Assembly: GCA_012026655.1 (NCBI GenBank) | Contig: JAAILG010001142.1 | Coordinates: 1 to 64,000, forward strand | DNA length: 64,000 nt | Origin: Hydrolagus affinis | Lineage: Eukaryota | Direction of reading: 5' to 3' | Shown here: positions 11,538 to 24,500 of the stretch, piece by piece | Position numbering within the stretch: position 1 is the stretch's first letter | Layout: each line of letters begins with the position of its first letter | The notes under the pieces: model-generated | What the model was told of the DNA's origin: nothing | The model's database searches: none | What the model saw: the letters and a program-made list of their open reading frames with translations, nothing else | Made by a program: the position numbers and the translations under genes

Positions 11538-13771
11538 CAGGTAAGCCTTGATTAAGGACGCTTCTATTTAGGACAATTCAATTGAACAAACAATTTTTTA
11601 ACACCTCTTTATCGATATAGGAAACTTAGTTTTGTTTTAACGAACAAAATTATTTTTTGCGCATGCGCAGTACATACTTTGAATATCGCAGTCGTTTTTG
11701 GCGCGTCCTTTTTGTCCATACACACAGTCCATAGTGTATTCGCGGGTAAATCGTGCTCATACCTGATATCGTGTATCCAAGCATTTGAGCTGGCCAATAG
11801 CTTGTCGCTATGTAATTGTTTAAAAGCCAGCCTATTTTGAAGCGACACCACGCCACATCAGTATTACAGTCATTTCAAAACATTCCCGAGCAACTTCGAG
11901 CAATTTACAGCCTCTACCGCGCTTCTAGCAAGTTGGGAAAAGAGAGCAGTAAGTGAAATGAGCAGCGGTAATACCACTAGCGGCAAGAGACCCTGCAAAG
12001 TCATCATTTTAAATACTAAATACAGCACGGAAACTGCCCTGGTTAAGGTTACAAACGACATCCTAACCGCCTGCGACCAGGGCTCCCTCTGCCTCCTCGT
12101 TCTCCTTGACCTGTCTGCTGCGTTCGACACTGTCGATTACACCATCCTCCTCCAACGTCTTTCCTCCCACCTCAACCTTCAAGGCACAGTCCTTGACTGT
12201 TTCCATTCCTACCTGACCCACCGCCTACATTTTGTATCTTCCAACGGTTTCTCCTCAAACCCCCGCACAGTTTTTCATGGTGTCCCCTAGGGCTCGGTCC
12301 TCGGCCCCCTCCTTTTCACCATTTACACGCTCCCTCTGGGCGATGTCATCCGCAAATATGGGGTAAATTTCCACATGTATGCGGACGACACCCAACTGTA
12401 TCTTTCCACCTCATCCCTCAACCACCAGACCTTCGATGTTCTGGCAGCATGTCTGTCCAACATTGAGTCCTGGACGAGGGACAACTTCCTCCAATTGAAT
12501 TTGAGCAAGACCGAGGCCCTCCTGATTGGCTCAAGCCAGCGCCTTCGCACATCGGGCACTGCCAGCCTCAACATCCAAGGCTGTACTCTCCACCTCACAA
12601 AGCCAGTCAGGAACCTCGGCAACACGTTCGACCATAAACTCTCCTTCCTCCCCCAAATCCGTGCCTTGACCGGCACCGCTTATTTCCACCTACGCAACAT
12701 TGCCAGGCTCCGCAACTATCTCACCCCCCACGCTGCCGAAACACTCGTGCACGAGTACATCATCTCACGGCTGGACTACGGAAACTCTCTACTCGTTGGC
12801 CTCCCCAGCTCCTCCATTCACAGGCTGCAGGTCATCCAAAACTCTGCAGCCCGTGTACTATCCCGCACCCACCTCCGCGACCACATAACCCCCACCCTCG
12901 CCCGTCTCCACTGGCTCCCCATCTTCTAGAGGATCGAGTTCAAGATCCTCATCCTCACCTTCATGGCCTTACACGGCCTTGCCCTGCCCTATTTATCCGA
13001 CTTACTCACCCCCTATAAGCCCACCCGGACCCTCTGTTCAGCAGGACTTGGCCTGCTCCAAGCCCCCTGCCCGAACCGCCCCACCATCGGAGGCCGGGCC
13101 TTCAGTTTCTCCGCTCCCACCCTATGGAATTCTATCCCCCAATCCCTCCATTTTGTTTCTTCCCTTTCCTCTTTCAAGGCCGGTTTGAAGACTTTCCTCT
13201 TCGACCGTGCCTTTTGTTCCCCCCCGAATTCTTCGACCTCCCCTACGTGTTTCACCCCTTCCCGAACACTCCCCTCCCAGCTCGGGTCACACGCCTCCTG
13301 TGCAGCGCCTTGGGACGTCCCCCCGACGTGAAAGGCGCTTTATAAGTTGTTGTTGTTGTTGAATTGGAGGTGATAAAGCGCATCGAGTCCGGCAAAAAAG
13401 GTACAGACGTCGCGAGGGCCTTAGGGCTAACTAGATCGACGGTGGCTACTATAAAACAGAATAAGAACAATATACTGGCAAGTTCAAGGTGTGTTACAGT
13501 TACAGGTGCAAGCAGATTATCAAAACATAGGACTGTATTAAAGTTTGCCAGTATTAAAGTGCAATACTGTACAGTTACCCCGAGTACCCCTTCTTGCCTG
13601 TGTGTGTTATTTTGTGTGTTTTGTGTGTTATTTAGTGGGTTGAAGGTCCGGAAATTTTGTGAAAGGAACGCATCTCAGGTTATATAATGGGACCGTGTTT
13701 CGATTTAGGACATTTCAATCAGAGAACCGTTTTTCAGGAACGCAACCCCGTCCTAAGTACAGGTTTACCTG
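11538..13771 (+). mobile_element. TcMar Tigger/pogo-like internally deleted transposon (about 894 bp without the nested L2)
   Basis: TA TSD at 11536-37 and 13772-73; imperfect 23-bp TIRs caggtaagccttgattaaggacg / cgtcctaagtacaggtttacctg; split CENP-B-N-type HTH: KRPCKVIILNTK | LEVIKRIESGKKGTDVARALGLTRSTVATIKQNK. Confidence 0.88.
12022..13361 (+). mobile_element. L2-clade LINE (family A), 5'-truncated, nested in the Tigger-like element
   Basis: RT motifs [46 protein letters not shown]; 3' hairpin and (TTG)n tail; one frame with two TAG stops. Confidence 0.95.
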
Positions 13772-14439
13772 TATACAAATGTAATTTGTTGTTGTTCTTC
13801 ATACCTCAGGGAATTAAAACCTGAAATGAATTGTCCTATGCTTTGAGCTTACATTGACACCTGAACTGCATTTTTAATTAGTATCTTATTGAGGATATTC
13901 CATGAACTGATAGGTTTTTAATCACTTTGAAATCAGGAAAATCTATTTATTTATACCGTATATTAGAATCTGTTCATAGAAAGATCTGTTTTTGAGTAGT
14001 GATAGGGAGCAATAATTACCCAAATTAAAAGGAATTGAGAATCCCATTCAGATTTTTTTTACATGATCCACTGTGTAAAGTCAGGCAGCCCTTTTCAAAG
14101 TTTTCATGCAAAATAATTGATGCCCTTTTATTGATGCAGTGCATAGCGCTTGAGGCAATACACAGAAGCGACACAACTGGGAGATGGAAAATTCTAAAGA
14201 AAACTAGATGATGCTGCAGGAGCTTTTATCTCATAATAGCAAGTCTGCACAAAGTCTAGATTGTTCAAGACAAAACCCCCAAAGTATATGAGTTTGATGG
14301 CATCATTTTTTTTTATAACATTCTTGAGAAATACCTTAAAATATTGAGTGCAGGCAGCATTAGCAGATTCTTTTGATCTGTGAATTGTGTGCAATGATGG
14401 TATGTGTGCAATAAGGTATCATATTAATGAGCATAAATA

Positions 14440-14608
14440 TAAGACCCTCCTCTTCGACAGTCCCATCTGTCACCTCTCGTCCCCTCTTTTCCCTCCACCC
14501 TCCCCATCCCCGACCCCAGCTCGGATATGAAACAATGATTGTCCAGCGCCTTGGAACATCCTCCTGACGTGAAAGGTGCTATACAATTTTAATTTTGTTG
14601 TTGTTGTT
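14440..14608 (+). mobile_element. L2 3'UTR/tail fragment (family B)
   Basis: Near-identical to 15270-15432. Confidence 0.85.
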
Positions 14609-14999
14609 TTGGAGGCTTGGCTTCACGAAGGTGGGATGATTTAATGAATCTCCATGTACGATCCTTTTGTACAAAAAAGGAACTTGCATTACATTTATAA
14701 TGTTTTGTATGTTACGCTTGAAGCTTCATTCCTTTGTTGGATAAGCTGCTTTAATGTGAAATACACATAGCAGGTGTTCAGCCTTGAGCAAATGTAATTT
14801 TGTATTCTATAACTCAGGAACATTTAAAATGGGGAATTATACCAGTTTTTTTTTGCCTGTGCAAAGAATATTCGCCTATTCAAACTCTTGTACACCAGTT
14901 GAAAAATTCTTGCGAATTAAGGAAAATATTTAAATATAGGAAACATTTTTCGCAAAGTTCGTAAATGTTTATTAAATTGTTTATTTCTATGTTTGTTTT

Positions 15000-15432
15000 C
15001 AATTCAAGATCCTTTCCTCACATTCAAAGCCCTACATGGCCTCACCCCACCCCACCTCTGCAACCTCCTAACCCCCTACCAACTTGCTAACCCCCTACCA
15101 ACTTGCCCACCTCCTTCGCTCAGCAGACTCCGGCCTGCTCCACGTCCCCCGCCCCACCCGCTTCACCATTGGCAGACGAACGTTCAGCCACTCGGCCCCC
15201 AAACTCTGGAACATCCCGCAATCCCTTCTGCCCTGCCCCCTCCCTAGCCTCCTTCGAGTGTCGCCTCATGACCCTCCTCTTCGACAGGTCCATCTGTCAC
15301 CTCTAATCCCCTCTTTTCCCTCCACCCTCCCCATCCTCGACCCCAGCTCAGATCTGAAACAATGATTGTCCAGCGCCTTGAAACATCCTCCTGATATGAA
15401 AGGCGCTATATGATTTTAATTTTGTTGTTGTT
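15000..15432 (+). mobile_element. L2 3' fragment (family B)
   Basis: FKALHGLTPPHLCNLLTPYQ..GRRTFSHSAPKLWN; ends gaaaggcgctat..ttttgttgttg. Confidence 0.88.
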
Positions 15433-16670
15433 TTCAATACAAATTCATTCCATTTTTATTTGATCATGAGATATATGTTTATGGCTTCATCAAACTACTC
15501 AGCACTGGAATGACATTGTCAAGCTTGTCAGATTCTCAGCTTGTTTATGAGAACAATACATTTTGTTGTATGCCAAATTGATCTGAATGAATTTTCACAT
15601 AAATGCTAGAGAGAGCTTGCAAAGATGCATGACAAGCATGCATGTATTGAGGCTATTTTCTCCATTGGTTTTCCAATTGAAGAGCTGCAGATGGAGATCC
15701 CTCTTTTAATTTGTTGTGTCAGTTGAACAAGGCTAATAAAACTTCTGTGGGGTGGGGGGGTGGGACAAATGACTGTCAAAGTAGACAAACAAACTGACAG
15801 AAAATGAAGGAATTCCAATTTGAAGGTTGGTTATGGAATTTAAAGTGGCAGGTTCAATGTGTTGCTCTTGGAAAGGGTTGGGAAAAGATAGTGAAAGGGT
15901 AGAAAAATATTGACCGGTTGAAATCACAGGCAAAGCATCATCAATCTCAAAATACTGCTTCTGAGACAAGTCAATTATTGAGTTGGCAAACAATACCAAA
16001 GTACCAACAAAATACTTTGTAATACCAAAGTACCATCTTGGAGAAGATATACTGGGTGCAAAATGATCACTTTCAGCTCCCATTTACCAGCCTTTTAACA
16101 GAGTTGAGTGTCATCAAATCAGGCAACAATTGCTGAAAATCTAGTTCCCTAGGTAAAGTTGAAAGGTTAGAGTGAACTGCACAGAAACATAGCTTGAGGC
16201 CTCCACATACTGGGTGAACTCCGTGACATACATCTCTAATTAGAGCAGTAAAACAGTTTGCCAGGGTCTCCGAGCAGGAAAGAAGCCAATAAAGTTTCAC
16301 TTTTTTTTGTAGTACTGTATAAGATTTGAATTCACAAAATAAATGCTTATTGCTATCAAGATAGGATATTGGTTAACATCAGTTCATATGATCAGATAAA
16401 ATGTTTAATGTTAAAGGCGTGACTGTTGCAAGATTTTATTTTAATGGACCTTGATCAAATGCAATGAAATGCCCATGAATTTTGTTTTGCCCACAAATAG
16501 ACAGTCAATTCACTTTTCAGTATATTCTGTGAAGTGCTTTCAGACATCTAGAAGATGTGAAAAGCACTATATCAAATGCAAAGATTATTATTATTTATTA
16601 TGATGAAAATAATGAATATTAAGTGACTCCTACCCTTTAGTTTTAGATGTGTCTTGATGAAAATATAATA

Positions 16671-16887
16671 CTGTAAAAGCCTGTTTATCCGGCACCCTCG
16701 GGACCTGGCCAATGCCGGTTAACGCGTGTGCCGGATATTTGGCCGAAAACACACCACATTTTTTTCTATTTAAAAAATAATACATTGTGCCGGATAAATT
16801 CCGGTTAATCGAAGAGGGATTTTTTTTGAGGTGCCGGTTATACGGAAGTTACGGTTGATCGGTTCACAGATAAACAGGCTTTTACTA
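16671..16887. mobile_element. Tigger-like MITE, CAGTAAAAGCCCGTTTATCC family, shortest copy
   Basis: TA flanks; TIRs ctgtaaaagcctgtttatc / gataaacaggcttttacta. Confidence 0.85.
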
Positions 16888-17539
16888 TATTTTGATATGG
16901 TTAAAGTTGAAATGGGATTAATAATGTTTTTTTAAAAAAAAATCTGAGTAGCAGCTCAGCATCAATACAACAATTATTGAAACTGGCACTAAATCTAAGT
17001 TTTGTTCATCTCTATGACTAGATGTATGTCATGAAGGCCATTGAGAGGTTGGAGTGGCAAGTTTCCAAAGATCACAGATGGTGAGGTGGAGAGTCACAAA
17101 TAGATCCTGGAATGTATACCACTGTTTTAACCAAATACGCTGCAGTGAGGCATTTGTTGCTTCCCTCAAAGCCCTGAGTAGTAGGAGACAGATGCTAAGA
17201 GACAAATCTGAAGCCCTCAGCCCCAGTAGTACTTTTCCGAATTAAATAAGCAGGATGTGTCCCTCCAATTAGAGAGTGTGCATTCCATTCCAAAAATCTA
17301 CTTCTGGAATTTCCATGTGTAGTTGGGATGCATGGCATTCTCAGTTTGGTTTGGATACTCTTAAGCGCGAGTACAAAATGGATGCTATTTGCCTACTTTA
17401 CAGCATGCACTTTACAGTTTTAGCGCTCTAGGACACTATCCTGTGTCAGGGGTTTATAAACGGAAGTTATTGTTGCTGTTATAGTATATTCTGTGAAGCG
17501 CCTTGAAACGATTCATTGATTTGAATGAATCCACAATAT

Positions 17540-17769
17540 TTTTATCTTGTATCTTGTATCTTAATAATCCGTCCAAAAAAACACACAATAATAAAATTTG
17601 TCATTTCAATCCACGACTGTTTGTGGGACACTGGTGTGCGCAATTGGCTGCTGCATTTCGGCCACAAATATACAGTCAATTCACTTTACAGTATATTCTG
17701 TGAGGCGCTTTGAGACGTCGATGAGATGTGAACAGCGCTATATCAAATGCAAGGATTATTATTATTATT
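17540..17769 (+). mobile_element. Same SINE, 5'-truncated
   Basis: Core and tail match other copies. Confidence 0.85.
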
Positions 17770-17854
17770 TGTTTGTTAGATTGTTCAAAATGCTTAGAAT
17801 GACTTTCCTTCTGAGAGTCTATCTTCTAACTGTACTTTGTCTCATTTGTATGTA

Positions 17855-18800
17855 CAGTAAAAGCCCGTTCCGGTACCCTCGGGACCTGGCCAGTGGCGGA
17901 TAAACCGTGTGCCGGATATTCAGGCGGCCAGCTGCCGAAAACCCAACACAAAAAAATTAACTTTTTTAAACATACCATATTAATAATAGACTAAATAATA
18001 ACAGAATATTTGATGGATACTTACCAATAAAGCAATAAATATTGATTACAGTCTATAAACACAGCACACAATCACAAAGCAAACTTCTACAATGGCGGAC
18101 GAAAGAGCTTTTTTTTGAAGGGGACCTCTCTTAAGGGGTAATGTCGATTTTGCCTTTCTTTCTCTCCCTCCTTCCCCCCCTCTCTCTTTCACACACACAC
18201 ACACACACACACACTCAGTCAGTCTGGCTCCAAACCCCCTCCACTCCTCTCATTTTCCATCTAAATTAATCAATTCACCCCCACTCTCTCTCTCTCCCCC
18301 CTTCNNNNNNNNNNNNNNNNNNNNNNNNNNNNNNNNNNNNNNNNNNNNNNNNNNNNNNNNNNNNNNNNNNNNNNNNNNNNNNNNNNNNNNNNNNNNNNNN
18401 NNNNTCCTTCTCTCACCCCATCCCCACCAAAACAGTGTGTAAACCCATGATATCGTCAGGCTACACAGGCAATGTAGTATCCGGCAGAGAGAAAGGGAAA
18501 GAAAGGGGAAGAGATAGAAAGAGAAAGGGAGAGATAGAGAGGAAGGAAGGAGAGGGAGAGAGAAAAAGAAAAAGAGGGAGTGAAAAAACAGTGCTCCTTC
18601 AAGACCAAAAACTGGGAGTGCGCTATCGGCAGCATTCAGAGCTAATCATAATGTACGCTCCTGCGACAATCGACTCATTAAAGGTGCCACTGCAATTGTG
18701 CCAGATAACATCCGTTTATTCGAATGGGGACCTTTTTTTTTAGGTGCCGGGTATACAGATGTTACGGTTGATCGGGTCACGGATAAACGGGCTTTTACTG
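17855..18800. mobile_element. Tigger-like MITE, same family, long copy containing a gap
   Basis: TIRs cagtaaaagcccgtt / aacgggcttttactg; left TA intact, right flank reads ca. Confidence 0.87.
18305..18404. other. Assembly gap (100 N)
   Basis: N run next to a CT-rich tract inside a MITE. Confidence 1.
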
Positions 18801-19571
18801 CATGTGCTCAAGTATTGTAGCTATGATGTGTTTTAACAAACCACACTGGGTTTGCAAGTTTTGAAAGCTACAGGTTGATGGCTAATCATTCTCGAGTTGA
18901 ATTGAAATACTCAGCATTGAAGGTGAGTGTATTATTTGTCCACTTGCTATCGAACACTTGACAAGGGAGCCTGACTAGGGAGTTCATTATTTTAATTTCA
19001 TTATTTCAGTACACAATATGATGTATTCTATCTGGAATTGACACTGACCTCAAGAACTTGGGTGATCTTTAGTAAAAGAAACTGAAATTGCATTTATAAA
19101 AAAAAGTGTAATTATTGTTTCGTACAATTTGAACAGGAATGGGGATATATGATGTGGACATGTAATGCAGACAATGAGAATTTTTCCCTACAGCTCAAGC
19201 TTCTAGATTGTAATGGTGAAGGTTCATATTCAGGGCCTGATCATTTGCAAGCAATATTCCATCTATCTCAGATTTGCCCGTTGGAGCATATAGATTCAAA
19301 GAGATGTACAACACAATAGGAAGCCATTGGTGTCGGTATTCGCTCCTCCAAGAATTTATTCATCGTGAATCTAATTCCCTGCTCTTTCCTCACACCCTTG
19401 CTCTGTGTGTACTTGTCCAATTCTTTTTAAATACCTCAATTGATTCTCTAACCTCAATGCATATATGGAATGTATCTATCATGTCATCCTGTAGCCTTCT
19501 CTGCTTCAATTGGGAAGAGTCCTAACCTTTTCAGCAACTTCTCAAAGCAATGTTTGTACGTCTCCAGCATC

Positions 19572-19905
19572 TTAGAACATAAGAACTTAAGAATTAGGAG
19601 CAGGAGTAGGCCATTCGGCCCCTCGAGCCTGGCCCGCCATTCAATAAGATCATGGCTGATCTTCTAATCTAACTGCCCATCTGGCTGCCTTATCCCCATA
19701 TCCTTTAATCCCTTTTTCCTTTTGTCGATAAGAAATCTGTCAATTTCAGATTGAATATGTTCAAAAACTGAGCATCTATAGGCTTTTGGGGTAGAGAATT
19801 CCATCTTCAATATCTTCCCTGTGAACTTATGCTAAACTCTTTCCAAAGTTCCAATATTCCTTCTATAATATAATGTGGCACCCAAAACTGCATACACGAT
19901 TCTAA
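19572..19905 (-). mobile_element. CR1-type LINE 3' end. Other CR1 tails lie at about 19290-19520 (-), 20430-20507 (+), 25020-25170 (-) and 55985-56080 (+)
   Basis: agaacataagaa..ggagcaggagtaggccattcggcccctcgagcctg is the reverse complement of the chondrichthyan CR1 tail gggccgaatggcctactcctgctcct. Confidence 0.8.
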
Positions 19906-21244
19906 CTGCAGCTGAGGCAATGTCTTATACAGACTCGCTCAACAGGTTAGATGTAATTAAAGTAAACAACTGTGCCAGATTAATGTTCATATTACTGCAA
20001 ACAGGTGCAACCATTCGTATGATGCAGAATGGCCTGCCATAACCATGTTGTGATGTTGCTCTAGAGCTTTATTGTGCACATTCACCAGAGTGATCTTATT
20101 TTTGTTATCATTCAATTTTCTTTCCCCTCTAGCGAACTAAAATGAGCTTGGTTTGGTTCTTTTGAAAGATTCCCCCCCACCTCCCCACCAGTTTGACTTA
20201 ATATTTTCACAGGTATATTGTTCAGCATTATTTGAGTCCAAGTAAGGGGGGGAAACTTTGTTGAATGGTTTTCAACACTGGTTGTGAGATTCCATTTTTT
20301 TACAAAAAAATGTAGTCATTAGACCATAATAGCTGCAGCCGAGTTAACGTCTTATACAGACTCAACTTGTTAGATGCAACTAAATACTATTAGATTCAAT
20401 TCTATTGGGTTAGATTTAGCAATACTATGAGGAGTGGGGTTGATTTAGACAGCTGGCACAGACACGATGGGCCGAATGGCTTCCTTTGGTGCTCTATGAT
20501 TCTATAGTTCTGTTCTGAATCATTTAAAATCGTCAATTTTTATGGGAAATGTTCCAATGTTCCTGGCTGACTCCATGTTTTCACTTTATATACAACCTCT
20601 ACACTCAGTTTTCCAATTGACTACACTGATTAGTAAAGGAAACTACATACCATGCATGTGGAAATAGTGCTCACTATATTTGCTGCAATGTATAGCAACA
20701 TTATTAAGCTTTAGCACATTGAGATATTTAACTATGTGAAGTGAACTATATTATTGGCAATTGTTTGTCCATGTAGTCGATGCCCACCATTGATTCTAAA
20801 CAATTCATTTTCTATGTATATGTGTTGTTTTTAACATGCGGACGATGTCTTTAAAATATAGTAATCTATTTAGAAAACAGTCTAATAAATGTGATCTTCA
20901 TGGTACAATAATAATTCAGTATGTATAGGGTTGTATTGTAGAAAATAAGGTTGTACTAATTGTAATTGATTTAACAGTTTTATATCCTTTGACTTCAAAG
21001 CAACCAGTGTAGACACAAAGCATTGCCATAGACAATTGCTTTGTTCATTTGGATTCTATTTCACAGAAAATAGACATTGTGAAAACTAGCTAGACAACAA
21101 CAAAATTACATTTATAGAGCGCCTTTTATGTCAGGGTGAGGTACAGTACAGCTTTTACTTAACAATTCAATTTGGATAAAATAGGATTCATTTCTACGTA
21201 TTATGTAAGTATTTCACCGAAGATCTGTTCAATAATAAATATAG

Positions 21245-21530
21245 AATAATAATCCTTGCTTTTGATATAACACTTTTCACATCTGCTAGGCGTCTCAAAG
21301 TTCTTCGCAGAATATATTGGAAAGTGAATTGACTGTAGGCGAAATGCGGCAGCCAATTGCGTACAGCAGTGTCCCACAAATAGTCGTGGATTGAAATGAC
21401 CAATTTTGTTTTGGAGGGATTATTATTAGGTGTGTGGAGTAAGGAAACTTGCCCAAAGTTTCACTTGCCTGGAATTGAACCCAGGTCTCACGCTTGTAAG
21501 GCGCTTGCTCCAACCACGGATGTACAGGTC
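21245..21530 (-). mobile_element. Same SINE, near full length
   Basis: Reverse complement of the consensus. Confidence 0.85.
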
Positions 21531-24500
21531 TCTGCAGTGGGCTTTCAGTAATTGTACCAGTTCAGCGCATCAGTCTTTAGGACTCGCTCATTCACCTAAT
21601 CATTTGGCAATTGTTCATCTTAAGTTACACTGCAAGTAGCTGTCCATATATCAACTCCCCACAGTGATAGATGATATTCAGCACGAGTTCTAGACAAGTG
21701 TAAAATCTGTTCAGGAAAAATTGTTCTGTGGCACAGTCCTAATTAGATAAAAACTGCAGTTGAACGAATACATTTTGATGTTTATATATACTGTTAAGTT
21801 CTTTCATAAGTACGTTAAAAATGACAGTGTCAGAATAAATTTAGATATTAAATATTGTGCTGAGCTACTGACACAACTTGCATACATAATCATGATTCTG
21901 TGGGTCATTTTGGTCAGTTGGTGTATTTTGAACTGTGCTTTAAATTATTAAATATCCTCTCAACTGGATGGTCAACCATCCATGTATATTTATATATTAA
22001 ATATATACATTATATTTAATGTATAACTTAAATGCATTAATTTTTAAAAAAGGACATTCACAAAAGATAGAATATAGCAAATTTAGGATGGAGTATTCAT
22101 AGAACAGGAATACTAATATACTATATGAAAAGCACAAGTTGTTTCATTGTTCCCAATTAAAATTCAAGAACATATTATTTGAGCTGCACAGAATTATATA
22201 ACAGTGTTTTCCTTATAAATGTATTGCAGCAGGACTGGAACAGATTGCTATTCATTGAACAAGTCAAATTCGCAAGCATTGTAAAAGAAATAATGCTGTT
22301 TTCCCTTTTTCTTAACATTACTGCAGAGTAGCAACACATAGAATGCATTTCTGCTCCGGCTATGGGTAAATGTATGGGGATAATTGGAGAAAATCTGTGT
22401 GATCAATGCAACGGATCTTAAAATGGCATAATTTAAAATGACAGACATAAAATATGCATACATCAGATGTTGAGAACATGGTGGTTCGATTTACCCCCCT
22501 CTACCCCCCCCCCCCCCACTCCACCACACCCCATGCTCAAGTCAAAATGATTCAAATATAGAGATCTGTATGAAGATAGGTGTATTGTTAACACATTTGG
22601 TTATATAGAACTGCTTGTCGATTGCATGAGATGCATCGACAAAATGGATGATATCGCTGCTTTGTGCAGCAATTCAATGTTAAAGTAAAATCTGCAGGTT
22701 TAAATATAGTTGATGATTCCTTCAATAAATTGTTTCCCTCAAAGTGCTACAGTGCCCAAAGCCAGTGGCCGAGCATATTGCACAGACAAAGTCTGTCTAC
22801 CTCAAAGCAGTATATTTAATCTGCTTTAACACTTTTGACTGAAAACTAAAATCGGTGTTAGTTTTTTTTTGTCCTTCAGCTGCATTTATCTTGACAATAG
22901 AATTCTATTCCCCTTTCCCTCCCATCTACCACATTCTAAGCTGCAATTGAGTGCTATCCAATGTTCAAATCTCTATAAGTGAACAGCAAAACAAGCAAAC
23001 AGTTCAGTATGTGAACATTACATTAAAAATAATAATCGTTACATTTGATATAGCACCTTATCACATCTTCGGGATGTCTCAAAGCATTGGACAGAATATA
23101 CTGTAAATTGAATTTACTGTATATTTTGTGCATATTAATTTCCCCGCAACCACCCTCCCCTATAATGCTGTTTTTCAGCTGAGAGGCTGGTGACCTTGAA
23201 CAATCTTTACCAGTGCTTTTCGGAAAAGAAACTGGAAATGTTGGATGTCTCTTAGCAGGTTGATGCCTTCTCGTGGCTTGTGTGCACAATGTAAACTCTT
23301 GTTACGCTGTGCCAAAGGTTAAAGCTTATATTCTATATACAGAAGAGTATATATCTGTACAAAGATTTTGCCATGATGTTCTGCTGCAGTTTTCCTGTTC
23401 CTGAGTGCTTTTGACGGGCGGAATTTAGTTTTAGTCCAGTATCTCAACAGAGGCTTCCTTTACATTCTACGGCTGATCCTGGTAAAGGTTTTGCATAGAT
23501 ATTACTGCATAATAGCACTTTTGTTGATCTACTTCTCATTGGCCATGAATCATGATCGATGAATGAAGCTTTATATCCTGCACTGTTGGATGGGGATGTA
23601 CTTGTGATTAGAGCATGACAAATGCAAGCGAGAGCAATGAAGCTTGAACATATTTTTGACCTATCTATAGGAAGAATTACCCGACTTCACAGCCCTGAAT
23701 TATGGTGATAATGCTCAAATTTAGGTTTGGTGAGTTAAGTGTGTTAAGTTTTGTTTTATATTCAAAACAAGTTGCATGCTTTCATTGCTGACCATGTTAG
23801 AGTTCAAATTGATGTTTTCCTAATGGCTGTGTTTTGTGCCTTCTTTTCACATTGTTTAGCGTTTTGTTTGAACATTTGTTGCAAGTTACATCTGGCATTT
23901 ACTCTTTTAGATCATTTACATCTGACATGTACTTAGTCTTACATTGTAGAAATAAAGTTGAATATACTCTTGTAAATGTATCAGACAATTAGAAAACGTA
24001 ACTAATAAAATTAATTCTCTGCATTCAGTGCAGCTTTGTTGCAACTTATAGGGATCAAAAAATTGGTGGGACGAAGGAATATCTTATCAAAGCTTACATT
24101 TCTATTGGGACCAAGGGAGCTTGGTGAGGCTGAAGGTGGAGAAGATGTTTGTTGAGGAGTAAATTCTTGAAAACATTCAAATTGTTTTTTTTCTAAAAAT
24201 ACATTGTCATTAAATCGAAAGATGAAATGATAGGTCAGACCAGGAGAATTTCTCTAGATTCTGTTACCTAGAAATCTGTACATATTTCAAAAACTTATTG
24301 AATTTTTGTTAGTTTTTTAAAGTTTGTTTTTACTTTTTAAACAACGAATGAACGATTTCCTCACATGAAATATATATTGAGCTGATATATTGCAGCTTTG
24401 TAAAGTGATGGAATACAGTATTCTGTCAGTAGGCTCAGTGTTCAAACTGTGGGGATGGAATAACTAACTAATTATAAGGTGCCCTACTTTTATATTGCAG

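Noticed and set aside
15733-16300. Minus-strand ORFs of 116 and 75 aa
   Set aside because: No recognisable domain or splice context; at most a very degraded LINE remnant on the + strand
19908-20385. About 55-bp imperfect direct repeat (..gtcttatacagactc..ttagatg) about 425 bp apart
   Set aside because: Lies among CR1 debris; most simply a small old local duplication, with no LTR-like termini
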